Shown here: positions 28,101-58,400 of the stretch, one piece after another
How the letters are laid out: every line of letters starts with the position of its first letter
Numbering within the stretch: position 1 is the first letter of the stretch
Source: Owenia fusiformis
Lineage: Eukaryota
NCBI GenBank assembly: GCA_903813345.2
Contig: CAIIXF020000001.1
Span: 5,394,001 to 5,458,000 of the forward strand
Direction: 5' to 3'
DNA length: 64,000 nucleotides
Translations under genes and position numbers: made by a program
The notes under the pieces: generated by a model
Told to the model about the DNA's origin: nothing
Seen by the model: the letters and a program-made list of their open reading frames with translations, nothing else
Database searches by the model: none

Positions 28101-31100
28101 AGAAAGTGTTTTTGAAGTAACTAAAACAGGAGCCTGTTACATGAGCTTCTTGTTGATAGCAAATACAGAAATTAGTACAACGCTGAAATGCAAGCGTTTT
28201 CGTATTTCAATTTAAAAGTAACTACAACGGGAGCCCGTCTTCATTACTAAATGATGATTCCCTTAAGAATAGCACGTGTAAACATAAAATATGCTCGACT
28301 CTTTGTCTTCTCTTTGTTCACAAGATCAAGGTAAAGTTACGCATAAATTAACTGAGCGTACACAAACGCAAGATCATTATCAGTCTTTTAAGTGAAGACT
28401 GTCAACTTAAATGCATGCATAAACCCCAGGGCATAAACAAACATTGTGCATAAAGACAAAGTTAATACTTAATAGTACAGTGAAGACAAATACTCTTCAT
28501 TCAAAGAGAATATGAACTGAATATGAACTGAATATGAAGACAAAATCCTAAAGAAAGAGTTGAAGAGAACTAATCTTCACTCTTCGGTATAGAATGAACC
28601 TAACTTAAAAGAGAGAAACGAAGAGAACTAATCTCCGCTCTTTTGTAAGAGTAAAGCTAGATTGAAGATGCGAAGAGAACTAATCTCCACTCTTCAGTGA
28701 AAGTTGATCAAACTTAAAGATGTGAAGAGAACTAATCTCCACTCTTTAATGAAAATAAAAACACTAAAACTGCGAAAAGAATCTCTTTACAAGACAAAGA
28801 CCAATCCCACCGCTGCCACCAATGAAGCTTCGAGCTTTGTTGTTAAAATAGCTCTGTGGGTTCTTCATAAAATAATATGGATTGGTCTTGTAATGTAAAA
28901 AAGACAAGATTAACACAGAATTAATATACTCATAAAACTGTACTTTATTCCAAGTAAAAGACTAAACATGTACAATTACACTCTTCAGTATAAAATAAAA
29001 CTGTTCAAAGATAAAGAAAGAATGAAAATGAGATTAATAAGATGAAAAGAAATGATGTGTGATGTTCCCCCCGATCTAACTCTCTACTGAATGAAACCCA
29101 AAATTTCTCTTAAATACCCCCAAGTTATAAAAAATGAAAGGCAATCCCTTACCCTACAAAACCTATAAGAAACCCATAGAAAGATGGCAGCACAGTACGG
29201 TGAATCAACATGAAAAATGCTATAATATTTTCTCTAACAGTGAAATTTAAGGGTTATGAAACATTTCAGATTGACAACATCATGAATTTTTTGTCAGTGA
29301 ATTTGGGCTTTCTTCTTGGGGCCACTGGGGGCCCTCGTATGGTTTCTGGAGGCCACTGGGGGCCTCTGTATAGCTTCTAAGGCCACCATATAGCTTTTTT
29401 GGGCCACTAGGGGCCTCAGTATAGCTTCTGGGGGCTCCTGTTTAGCTTTTTGGGGACACTGGGGGGCCACCATATAGTTTTTGGGAGCCACCGTATAGCT
29501 TCTGGGGGCACTAGGGGCCACTGTATAGATTCTGGGGGCTACTTTGGGCCCCTGTATAGCTTCTGGAAGTCACCATATAGCTTCTAGGGGCCATTTGGAG
29601 CCCCTGTTTAGCTTCCGGGGGCTACCATATAGCTTCTGGGGGCTACTAGGGGTGCCTGTATAGCTTCTGGGGGCTCCTGTTTAGCTTCTTGGGGACACTG
29701 CATACCATCCTATAGCTTCTGGCGGCTACTTGGGGCCAGCGTATAGCTTCTGGGTGCCATCATATAGCTTATGGGCCTACCATATAGCTTTTGGGGGCCA
29801 CTGTAAAGCTTCTTGGAGCTACTGGGGACCACCATATAGCTTCTGGGGGCTACTAGGGGCCACTGGATATGCTTCTGGGGGCCACCATATAGCTTTCCAG
29901 GGCCACCATATATCTTTATGGGGGCACCAGGGGCCACTGTATAGATTCTGGGGGCTACTGGGGGCCCCTTTATAGCTTCTGGAAGTCACCATATAGCATC
30001 TAGGGGCCATTTGGAGCCCCTGTATAGCTTCTGGGGGCTACCATATAGCTTCTGGGGGCTACTAGGGGTCCCTGTATAGCTTCTGGGGGCTACCTTATAG
30101 CATCTTGGGGCCACTGGGGGCCCCTGTATAGCTTCTGGGGCCACTGGGGTCCATGGTATAGCTTCTGGGGTCCACTGGGGGCATTTTTTATTTGAACCTT
30201 GAAAATTAATCTATTTTGCCAGATTTGGTGGCTGTCGAGGTGGGGTAAAATTAAATTATAATTTTTTTTCAAATTCATGTGACTATTTATCTCTAAAGCA
30301 TCACTTTTTTACCTAGGGAGCATAACCTTTTCAAGAAGTGTTATTTTGGACCACCTTTTTAAAGAAAGTGAAATGTAAAAACCTGATTATTAAGTGATGT
30401 TACCATAGCAACTGAAATGTTAGATATATTACATAAACCATATGATGAATTATTTCATCTTTACTTCTAATCATGTACATTTGTATATAACAGATACGTA
30501 TATACTTCAGATGCTTAAAGAATCAAGAATATGAAGAAAATTATGAAAATCAGCAAACCAATGCATTTCTACGGTAACAAATAGTGTCTATTTCTGTTGC
30601 TATAGCAACGGATTAAGATTTTTTCTTGATTTTTGTCACATGTCACATTGTCATATTTTATCAGGGGGGTATAAGAAATGCTCTGGAGAGAGTTGCCCAA
30701 GGATGCCGCTCCGGCATCCAATGGTTTTGAGGTCCCAACCCTATATTCATGCTGATAAGTTAAAAAAACATTGTAATCCGAAGGAAAGGAGACAATACTA
30801 CTACTACTTCTTCCTGGTTATTATTTCTATCATGTGATGTCCAAAATGACAAGGGATGCAATAAAATAGGTTGTGTTTGATGAGATATTCTACTCCACAG
30901 AGTTGCCATTTTTAAGTTCATTTTAACATTTTTTTTGTTATTTTTAGGAATTACTTTTAAAACAGCGGCACGCATTAAAACAATTGTAGGACACCCACGT
31001 CCCACATACAAACATGCATTTACATGCATTGTCTATTAGAACAATGAATATTACTTTCTTTGCATTAAAACAATTGTAGCACACCCACGTCCCACATACA

Positions 31101-34100
31101 AACATGCATTTACATGCATTGTCTATTAGAACAATGAATATTACTTTCTTTGCATTAAAACAATTGTAGCACACCCACGTCCCACATACAAACATGCATT
31201 TACATGCATTGTCTATTAGAACAATGAATATTACTTTCTTTGCATTAAAACAATTGTAGCACACCCACGTCCCACATACAAACATGCATTGTCTATTAGA
31301 ACAATGAATATTACTTTCTTTGCATTAAAACAATTGTAGCACACCCACGTCCCACATACAAACATGCATTTACATGCATTGTCTATTAGAACAATGAATA
31401 TTACTTTCTTTGCATTAAAACAATTGTAGCACACCCACGTCCCACATACAAACATGCATTTACATGCATTGTCTATTAGAACAATGAATATTACTTTCTT
31501 TGCATTAAAACAATTGTAGCACACCCACGTCCCACATACAAACATGCATTTACATGCATTGTCTATTAGAACAATGAATATTACTTTCTTTGCATTAAAA
31601 CAATTGTAGCACACCCACGTCCCACATACAAACATGCATTTACATGCATTGTCTATTAGAACAATGAATATTACTTTCTTTGCATTCAAACAATTGTAGC
31701 ACACCCACGTCCCACATACAAACATGCATTTACATGCATTGTCTATTAGAACAATGAATATTACTTTCTTTGCATTAAAACAATTGTAGCACACCCACGT
31801 CCAGTGTAGACACTAAGGGGCTGAAACCTGCTGGTCAAAATGATATTACGGACCAGTTGCAATGTTATTTTCCTATACCTAGTGAAAAAATCAACTGGTC
31901 CGTATCAAAAGTAACCAGATAATGACCAGTGGACCGGCTGTTAATGACAACACTGCCCACGTCCCACATACAAACATGCATTTACATGCATTGTCTATTA
32001 GAACAATGAATATTACTTTCTTTGCATTAAAACAATTGTAGGACACCCACGTCCCACATACAAACATGCATTTACATGCATTGTCTATTAGAACAATGAA
32101 TATTACTTTCTTTGCATTAAAACAATTGTAGCACACCCACGTCCCACATACAAACATGCATTTACATGCATTGTCTATTAGAACAATGAATATTACTTTC
32201 TTTGCATTAAAACAATTGTAGCACACCCACGTCCCACATACAAACATGCATTTACATGCATTGTCTATTAGAACAATGAATATTACTTTCTTTGCATTAA
32301 AACAATTGTAGCACACCCACGTTCCACATACAAACATGCATTTACATGCATTGTCTATTAGAACAATGAATATTACTTTCTTTGCATTAAAACAATTGTA
32401 GCACACCCACGTCCCATATACAAACATGCATTTACATGCATTGTCTATTAGAACAATGAATATTACTTTCTTTGCATTAAAACAATTGTAGCACACCCAC
32501 GTCCCACATACAAACATGCATTTACATGCATTGTCTATTAGAACAATGAATATTACTTTCTTTGCATTAAAACAATTGTAGCACACCCACGTCCCACATA
32601 CAAACATGCATTTACATGCATTGTCTATTAGAACAATGAATATTACTTTCTTTGCATTAAAACAATTGTAGGACACCCACGTCCCACATACAAACATGCA
32701 TTTACATGCATTGTCTATTAGAACAATGAATATTACTTTCTTTGCATTAAAACAATTGTAGCACACCCACGTCCCACATACAAACATGCATTTACATGCA
32801 TTGTCTATTAGAACAATGAATATTACTTTCTTTGCATTAAAACAATTGTAGCACACCCACGTCCCACATACAAACATGCATTTACATGCATTGTCTATTA
32901 GAACAATGAATATTACTTTCTTTGCATTAAAACAATTGTAGCACACCCACGTCCCACATACAAACATGCATTTACATGCATTGTCTATTAGAACAATGAA
33001 TATTACTTTCTTTGCATTAAAACAATTGTAGCACACCCACGTCCCACATACAAACATGCATTTACATGCATTGTCTATTAAAACAATGAATATTACTTTC
33101 TTTGCATTAAAACAATTGTAGCACACCCACGTCCCACATACAAACATGCATTTACATGCATTGTCTATTAGAACAATGAATATTACTTTCTTTGCATTAA
33201 AACAATTGTAGCACACCCACGTCCCACATACAAACATGCATTTACATGCATTGTCTATTAGAACAATGAATATTACTTTCTTTTCTCCAGGATGAAGGCC
33301 GTAACATGGCCACACCAGATATACTATCCAAAAGAACAAAAGGCTGGCAGATACCAGCAGATGATTCCGATACCAGTAGTGTAGACTGGGACAAAGGTAA
33401 GCTACCATTTAGTGATTCAGAAAGGTGTTGTTATACCAATTCCTCTGAGACACTTACACCAGTGTTGAGTGGCAATTTACAAGGCACAAAGAAATTAAAA
33501 GGAGAAAAAATTGTGTACATGTTAGTGGTGTTTTTAGAATACTTAAATCAACAGATGTTGTATATGGTGGAAACTTAGACCAAAAAATGAATCATTTGTG
33601 TGGTATTTTATACGCCAACCAGTGTTAGCCATTGGAAAAACATGACATGAAAGTTTTTGACTGTTAAATAAAAAGTTTTTTAAAAAAGATTTTAAGTAAA
33701 TAATAACATGCCTGTTTTTTTATTATTAGCGCTATATTCTTTCTATTATGTTTCATGTGTAAAACCAGGCTTCTGATTTTGTCCAGCAGTATCATTGCTA
33801 AAGCATGAGGCTATTATGTACTTAGCCAGCTCAGCAGTAGGAGATCATCTCAACTGAGATCTTTAAATGCTCCCATGTATATGAAACCGTATAACCTTGT
33901 TTTGTTTTACTTTATCTTTCAGATGGCAATGTGACAGGGCTAAAAAGACATAAACCAAAAACTAAAAGTGGTTTATCTGCAAGCCAAGGATCTAGATCTG
34001 GTTTGTAGTCCTAAATTTTCTTTTGTCATTGTAGTCTTAAATTTTCTTTTGTCATTGTAAAACTAGATAACTTGATTTTGTATTCACATAGCAAGGTGTG

Positions 34101-35409
34101 TACAAGGTGATTCCGGCTAATCCGAATACAGTATTTCATATAACCAATCACCGCATCCAAAGTCATTCCTTAAGTGGTTGTCAAGATGACAACTGTAAAG
34201 CTTGAAATTGATGCTTTGCCAACTTGACCCTTGCATAAAGTTTCATTGAACATATGTTCTTTTAGTGATTTCTTATCTTTTAGTGACATTATAGAAAATA
34301 TTTTGCAGTGTGAGAAAAGAATTTAAAGGCAGAATCAGATCTAAAGGGCTTGACAAAATTGCAAGTAATATGTACATTTCACCTACCCAAGTTCAAATAT
34401 AATATCCCCCAAAAGATATGTGATACATCACCAATTGGTGAAGTTATTTTAAGACTCAAAGTGCAAAAATATTTAAACTCTCCCAAATAATAAGAAAGGT
34501 AGCTTAGACAAATGATTGCATAATTGTTAAAATATTAAATTTTCCTCAAATTATATATTTGGGTTATTTTTAGAAAATAGCCATGACAAGGAATATGAGC
34601 CCAAGATATTCTATAAAATTGAAATAATTTTCATCAAGGTGAAGCAACAGAGTAATATTGCTAGATCTGATTCTGCCTTTAAGCCCGAGACTCAATGCAT
34701 TGTGGAATGACCATTTAGAGAGAGCTCAAGGAGATTTTCAGATAAGCCCCAGTTAAGCTGTTTCCTCTTATTGATTTAGCACTCTTTTTGATACGTTTAA
34801 ATGTTAAAATACATATTCCTACATTCGTTTTAACCTGTTCAGGCCCCTCAAGAGGGGAATGGGGGGAGGAGGTGTTAGGTGCGACTGCACCCCCTCACTG
34901 AAACTGAAAATGCATCGTTTCATTTTTTCTAATTGACTCAAACACTCTTGAAGTGCATAGAAATCACTAAATAGCACTGTACCCCTTTGGTCTTATTTTT
35001 CAGTTGAAATCGTATATCGAATCGAGTTTATGATAATTTATTTACTTATTGACTATCTATTCAAAATTATTCATCGAATACAAAAAAATCTTTTGAAAAA
35101 TGACCCCTGCATAATCCCAAATATATGATCAATGGTAACAAGCAATACTATGTTCAATGATATTAAATCTACCAATACAATCCATTTAAAACAGTGCTGC
35201 TCCAACAGGAGGAAGTAATTAAAATTTTGTCAATTCCTTTAGTACTAATTCCTTTCAGGCATTGTTTCTTAAAATTAACACTCTAGTCTAGTGCAAATTT
35301 TGGAAGGCAACACCTTCAAGAAATGGTCATCCCATATCGCACCGAATCCAGGGCTTAAATGAGATGTATAATGTGTATGTTCATATTCATTCCAGGTCGT
35401 CAATACTGA
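4183..35409 (+). CDS. C8orf34: C8orf34 (VEST1)-like protein with N-terminal RIIa/Dpy-30-like docking domain; spliced, first coding exon not fixed
   Basis: GT-AG exons with consistent phases: 4183-4272, 4761-4806, 5015-5122, 5489-5668, 7444-7607, 9236-9381, 9588-9727, 15206-15332, 15483-15529, 16425-16591, 17180-17277, 18190-18400, 33291-33396, 33923-34000, 35396-35409(TGA); total 1722 nt. Motifs ELMAKVIDKMPEEPVPYII, SYDKPW, WDSNTKTKSQNFDEL, DSLASEL, DDALEVLENAGDLESEG, VKVSICAMCAK, DFESVSQVTGP, WQIPADDSD are colinear with human C8orf34 as recalled. Confidence 0.85.
8080..9178. repeat. GGTTGAGTTGTC(TAGT/AAGG) minisatellite, ~1.1 kb, intronic
   Basis: Dozens of 15-16 nt units alternating as a ~31-32 nt higher-order repeat; related to the 3290-3438 array. 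Confidence 0.92.
10488..14542. mobile_element. Non-autonomous Kolobok-like DNA transposon (~4.05 kb)
   Basis: TTAA at 10484-10487 and 14543-14546; 16-bp TIR AGGGAATGCGAAGTTT; subterminal inverted ATGACGTCATTGATGCC motifs; no transposase ORF. Confidence 0.75.
12479..12671. mobile_element. Tc1/mariner-type MITE nested in the Kolobok-like element
   Basis: TA|CAGTGAAACC...GTTTTACTG|TA termini. Confidence 0.65.
15640..16105. repeat. Interspersed repeat with internal subrepeats (AAAATCATCTACA..TTCAAATCTGAC); copies on the opposite strand at ~50975-51340 and ~47815-47900
   Basis: Direct similarity between the copies within the window. Confidence 0.65.
17761..18053. mobile_element. piggyBac-type MITE
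   Basis: TTAA|CCTCTTGAATCCCAG ... CTGGGTATTCAAGAGG|TTAA. Confidence 0.75.
18368..18883 (+). repeat. 33-bp tandem array (15 full units plus a partial) straddling an exon/intron junction of the C8orf34-like gene
   Basis: Unit GTGAGTCCCAATGCACATTCCTTTGACACTGAG = VSPNAHSFDTE; in frame with exon 18190-18400 up to TGA at 18881-18883. Confidence 0.95.
22976..23180. mobile_element. CAGG-terminus MITE, same family as 39529-39738 in opposite orientation
   Basis: CAGGCTCGTAGCCAGG...TGGCTACAGCCTG termini and shared internal sequence. Confidence 0.6.
23339..24424. mobile_element. Non-autonomous Transib-like element with an internal inverted copy of its left end
   Basis: 5-bp TSD AATAG (23334-38, 24425-29); ends CACAGTGTTATAGCATGA / CACGGTGTTATAGCATGA; ~140-bp left end repeated inverted at 23823-23961. 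Confidence 0.75.
29318..30183. repeat. G-rich minisatellite (GGGGGCCAC...TATAGCTTCT); a short piece at 19552-19620 lies on the other side of the LTR insertion
   Basis: Degenerate ~21/31-nt units; same motif on both flanks of the LTR element. Confidence 0.85.
30972..33283. repeat. 90-bp tandem satellite (~24 nearly identical units) abutting the 3' splice site of exon 33291
   Basis: Unit GCATTAAAACAATTGTAGCACACCCACGTCCCACATACAAACATGCATTTACATGCATTGTCTATTAGAACAATGAATATTACTTTCTTT; one unit has a 10-bp deletion (~31290). Confidence 0.97.
31802..31955. mobile_element. hAT-type MITE (154 bp) inserted in one satellite unit
   Basis: 8-bp TSD CCCACGTC (31794-31801, 31956-31963); imperfect TIR CAGTGTAGACACTAA / CAGTGTTGTCATTAA. 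Confidence 0.85.
34327..34678. mobile_element. Kolobok-type MITE
   Basis: TTAA|AGGCAGAATCAGATCTA ... TAGATCTGATTCTGCCT|TTAA. Confidence 0.75.
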
Positions 35410-36044
35410 TCAACTGATTTCCATCATTCCGCAAATGCCCTCAAATAAATCCTGTAATTACACAATTTCCATGGAGATTGGGAGGACAGATTCAGAATCC
35501 GAGGACTGAACTATTATTTTGTTAACACTGAATCCTGTGAACATTATTTTATATTCAGAGGAGTTGGGATTTCTCTAGATTTACTATTTACAACATGATG
35601 TAGTGAGGCTCATAATATATGTATATTATACACATTTACTATTATACAAAATACACCACTTTTTTAAACTATGCTGTAACTTTTTTATTTAATTTTTGAT
35701 CCAAAATCATAATTTGCATACCAAATGAAACTTGAAGTTGAAAATCTAGCCATGCATTATTTATGGTATATAAATTATAGATAGGGTTTGGGGAGGTCTC
35801 CAGGAGATGGTATATAGGAACCCAATCTCAACTAAAGCTGGCAATTTGGACAGACAAGTTGAAAGAAACTTGGCAAACATTTCACTGATACTGCTATATC
35901 TGAATGGTGACTAATACTCAAAGCTATCATCAAAGAGGGGGTAGACCTAGAACTCATTTTTGATCAAATACAATCTAAGTTGAAGGACTGATTCCATTAT
36001 TTTATTACTCATCACCTGAGTAATCTGGCACTCTAGAACTGGGA

Positions 36045-36182
36045 AATAAAAAAGTGTTTTATTAAAAAAAAGTGGCACTTATTTTGGCCCACTTTGTATT
36101 TAGTGAATAATAAAAATAAAATAATAAATGAATATGATACTGATAACATAAACCAGATATTTCATGTTTTGTGACATTTATT
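36045..36182. terminator. Opposed polyadenylation signals of the convergent genes
   Basis: AATAAA on + at 36045, 36109, 36115, 36123; AATAAA on - at 36177-36182 and ~36058-36063. Confidence 0.5.
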
Positions 36183-36783
36183 TCACAAATATATATAATA
36201 TAATATTATCACTTTCTAATGTTGAGTAAAAAAATCTCAATCACAACAAATATTTCAATAGAATTTTTATGTAACATGATACTACACAACTACTTCTGTT
36301 CAGCAATATGAGACACATATTGTAAAAACATAATTATGCATGAACAACAAATAATCAATGACAATACAGCAAATAGTGAATTAAGTTTTAGGGAACTTGT
36401 TAAAAACTTGTTTGGCAAAGTTTGTTCATGTGAATTGGAATGGTAAAGATAAAAGTCTATCACACCACAAAAAATTAAATATTTCAGTTAAAACCATTCT
36501 TCCATATCAATGTGTCAAGTCAGGTGTGTTATCCATATTGCATCCAGTATAAATAGAGTAATTTCAGTCCACATATTGATTGAGAATCTCCTCAAAACTA
36601 TATAGAATTTAGGAAATGCAAGAAAACAATGTCAACTCAGATACATTTCCTGGTATGGCTCTACTATGTTCTTGGAACTGTCCATGTGATGATTATGATG
36701 ATATGGATGATGATTGTAGAAATGAGGACAGAGCCATCTAATGTTCGACTGTAGATCATGACTTGAATTGAAGATATTCAGGA

Positions 36784-55402
<18,619 letters not shown>

Positions 55403-58400
55403 GTTAGATTTTGAAACTTATGGCTCTCAAACATAGAAGTGAACAGCTGATCAATAGTGACCTTTGAAATTGAATTAAGTCGATCCGCGGCTTACTTTTG
55501 GTCTCTAACTGTGTCTTACATCAGTATCATCAATCCATGTAAGTATTGGAGCGCTGGAGTACTTCTTTTTCGATCAAGACTTGTAAATTGTTCATCGAGT
55601 TAAAGTTTTACAGACCTATTTCCAATATGGCGGTTTGCTAGGTGCGAGATACGCAACAACGAAATGAATTTTGAGAATTAGTTAAGTTCGGACAACCTCC
55701 GGAGATTTACGAAAATGTCCGAGCAGAAACCGCCATATTGGAATTTGGCAGTAAAACGATTCACTCGACTAACAATTACAAGTCTTGATCGAAAAAGAAG
55801 TACTCCAGCGCTCCAATACTTACACGGATTGATGATACTGATGTAAGACACAGTTAGAGACCAAAAGTAAGCCGCGGATCGACTTAATTCGATTTCAAAG
55901 GTCACGATCATTGAGCTGTCCAAATGCTCCGTGGGAAAGCTATTATATCAAAATCCAAATAGCTTTCGCAGGAAGTAAGCCGTTACCATTTCAATTCATG
56001 AAATATCAATGGAACGATTTTTAGAATATCACATACATTTTTTGAACGACAGCGATTTTACAATAGTTCACGGTGTTCCAGATAGAATCACTTCTAGCCA
56101 AGAATTGGCTAGAGACTCGAGTAACACAGGGTTAACTTCGTGAACATCTGCACGGTGCACGGGCCTGCATGACTTGCATTTTGCGTTTCTCGTTCAATCA
56201 AAATCCACTAAAACGCTGCATGCCTGAACCCTTTCCATAGGCTCTGGATTTGGGTCCGGATCTAAAGCCTAATTCATGAAAGCTCCGCAAGCCTGCGCAA
56301 TTCCGCAACTCACTGCGGTACCGCTATTTCCAATTCACAAAGGGACCGCAAAGTCAGCATCATCGCAGATATCTTGCGGTACCGCGAGAATTACGTCATT
56401 ATCGTGCGATACCTCTGTACTTACCGCAAGTCACTATCTGAAAATTCAGTGTAATGAATCCTCTTGAAAAATCACTTAACATTACCTTTCAGTGATGGTA
56501 ATACGTACATGTGTAAACCTGGTATTGTCCTTTTATCAGGTTCAGTTTCCAAATAAAAAAATTAAAATTGAATGTGATATAGACGTTGAAATATGGCTGT
56601 AAAAGCAACCTGTTCAGAGTATGTTTTTAAGATTTTTAAGGTTGCGGAACAACGCAACTTTAAGGTTAGTTTGTATGTTGCTGCAATCCTCAATAAAGTC
56701 ACATGTTATTTTTCAATTAGGAATCACTCCTTCATCACATTTATTGTCTATATTTTAAGTTTTGAACAAAAAATGCACTAATGTACCTAGAAAAGACCGG
56801 TGAGAACATTTGCTTCGTAAAATGCATAAAACGAGAAAATTCAGTGACATAAGGTTAATTACGAACATACACGACAACCTTTTATAATTATCGCCATTTT
56901 GAATATCAATAATAAGTACTCTCTGGGAGCAATTGGAGAAACGTGAGACGTAAACGTGTCTTTAGAGATCCGCCAGAGATTTTTGGCGAACACGAATTAC
57001 TGGAAAGATATCGTATGCATTAAATTGTTATATATCAAAACGCATATTGACAGAATCTGCAAGAATGAAGCATCAAATAAAACGATCGCAAGCACTTCCC
57101 TTTAATGCAGGTATATTGTTGTAATTATATTCTCCGAAATGTGAACCATCTCCCTTTAATTTCTAGAGAATACTAGATCCATTTTGCCTTTGCCCGGCTC
57201 TACTATACTAATGCAAGGCCCTACAAAATGTTGATGTAAAAACCGGTAAAACAACGAGGTAGAACCATGACTTAGAAGTAAAATTTCCGGTATTATGGCC
57301 ATTGTTGATAAAAAAAATGTGACTCCGAGGTCATGATTTACAAGGGACACTATAGCTAAAATGGGTCAAACTGACATTTCTGCCCTAATAAATGATACGG
57401 TCGTCATGGACACAGATTGCGCACTGAAAACAGCTTAAGTGTGAAACAAATTTTGTTAAAAATTCAAAAAAGCATTAAAATGATTTTTTCAAATAGACAT
57501 GTAGTAGGTATCTATATACATTTATACACACGTTACCCAAAGCATTGAAGTAAACTCCACGGAACATAAGGTGGAATTTCAAATTGAAATTAGGGCCCGT
57601 CTCCAACGTGACGATTTTCACAGTTTCAGTCCGTGATTAATATGCCAAGATATTCACATTAGAATGCAACATTTTCAAAAAACCAAGGACTTTCCTCATG
57701 ATACTCTCCTGTCCTTTAAAATCATAAATGAATTTGGAACTTCAAGTATTTTCCTTTTGATGTGCATCACTTGTCAACATGAAACATCCGAATCCATAAT
57801 TTTTCTCGATTTTTTCATACGTTGTGTTTTTAATTTGAGTAAAATTGAAAGGGGTCGATCCTATTTGAACATGAATCGATTCGTTCATGAAAAATGATAC
57901 TTTAGACGAATAGAAAATGACAAAAAAATTATTTTGGAAGCAATGATCATTTGGCTGGTTCACCATTTTTCCGCGTGTCGTTTTTCACAAGAAAATTGAA
58001 AACAAATGACAATGAGTTATATGTTCACTTAATTAAAGAATGGTCATTTTTTATGACTATAGCTAGATGAATTGAGAAACAAGTTTGTATTTTTGTCTTA
58101 TATTATCACCTTTATGTTTAATTTTCCGTCAAAACTCGACATAAAGCATGAATAGTAGAATCGTGCCGTGTTTCACCTTCTCCAAGGAAAAAGCAGTTAC
58201 GTACATGTTACATATGTGGACTCATATGCAATCATAGCTTATATGTACTGAACACCTCTTTTCTATTTTCAATAACTATGTGCACACCACATTATTTATC
58301 TTTTTAAATCAACTTCACCGAAACTTTTCACTGATTCAAGAAACCAGCGCTTTTACACTTTACATCGATGGTGCAAATGCCATGTCGTCAAGCACCTAAT

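Larger units (their letters stand above)
19658..29224 (-). mobile_element. Non-autonomous LTR retrotransposon (LARD-like, ~9.57 kb), antisense in a C8orf34-like intron
   Basis: ~402-bp LTRs at 19658-20059 and 28823-29224, identical by eye; TSD ATAT (19654-57, 29225-28); PBS 28803-28821 (AATCCCACCGCTGCCACCA on +, matching a tRNA-Leu 3' end); PPT GGGTGGGGGT on - at 20062-20071; no gag/pol ORF. Confidence 0.92.

Noticed and set aside
28803-28821. tRNA-Leu gene
   Set aside because: Only the 3' 19 nt including CCA; this is the LTR primer-binding site.
29294-30278. Pro/Gly/Tyr-rich short ORFs
   Set aside because: Translations of a G-rich minisatellite.
31891-33408. 505-aa Cys-rich repeat ORF on - (also 30944-31285, 31231-31794)
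   Set aside because: Stop-free frame of a 90-bp satellite, antisense to a host intron and running into a MITE; no sign of a real gene.
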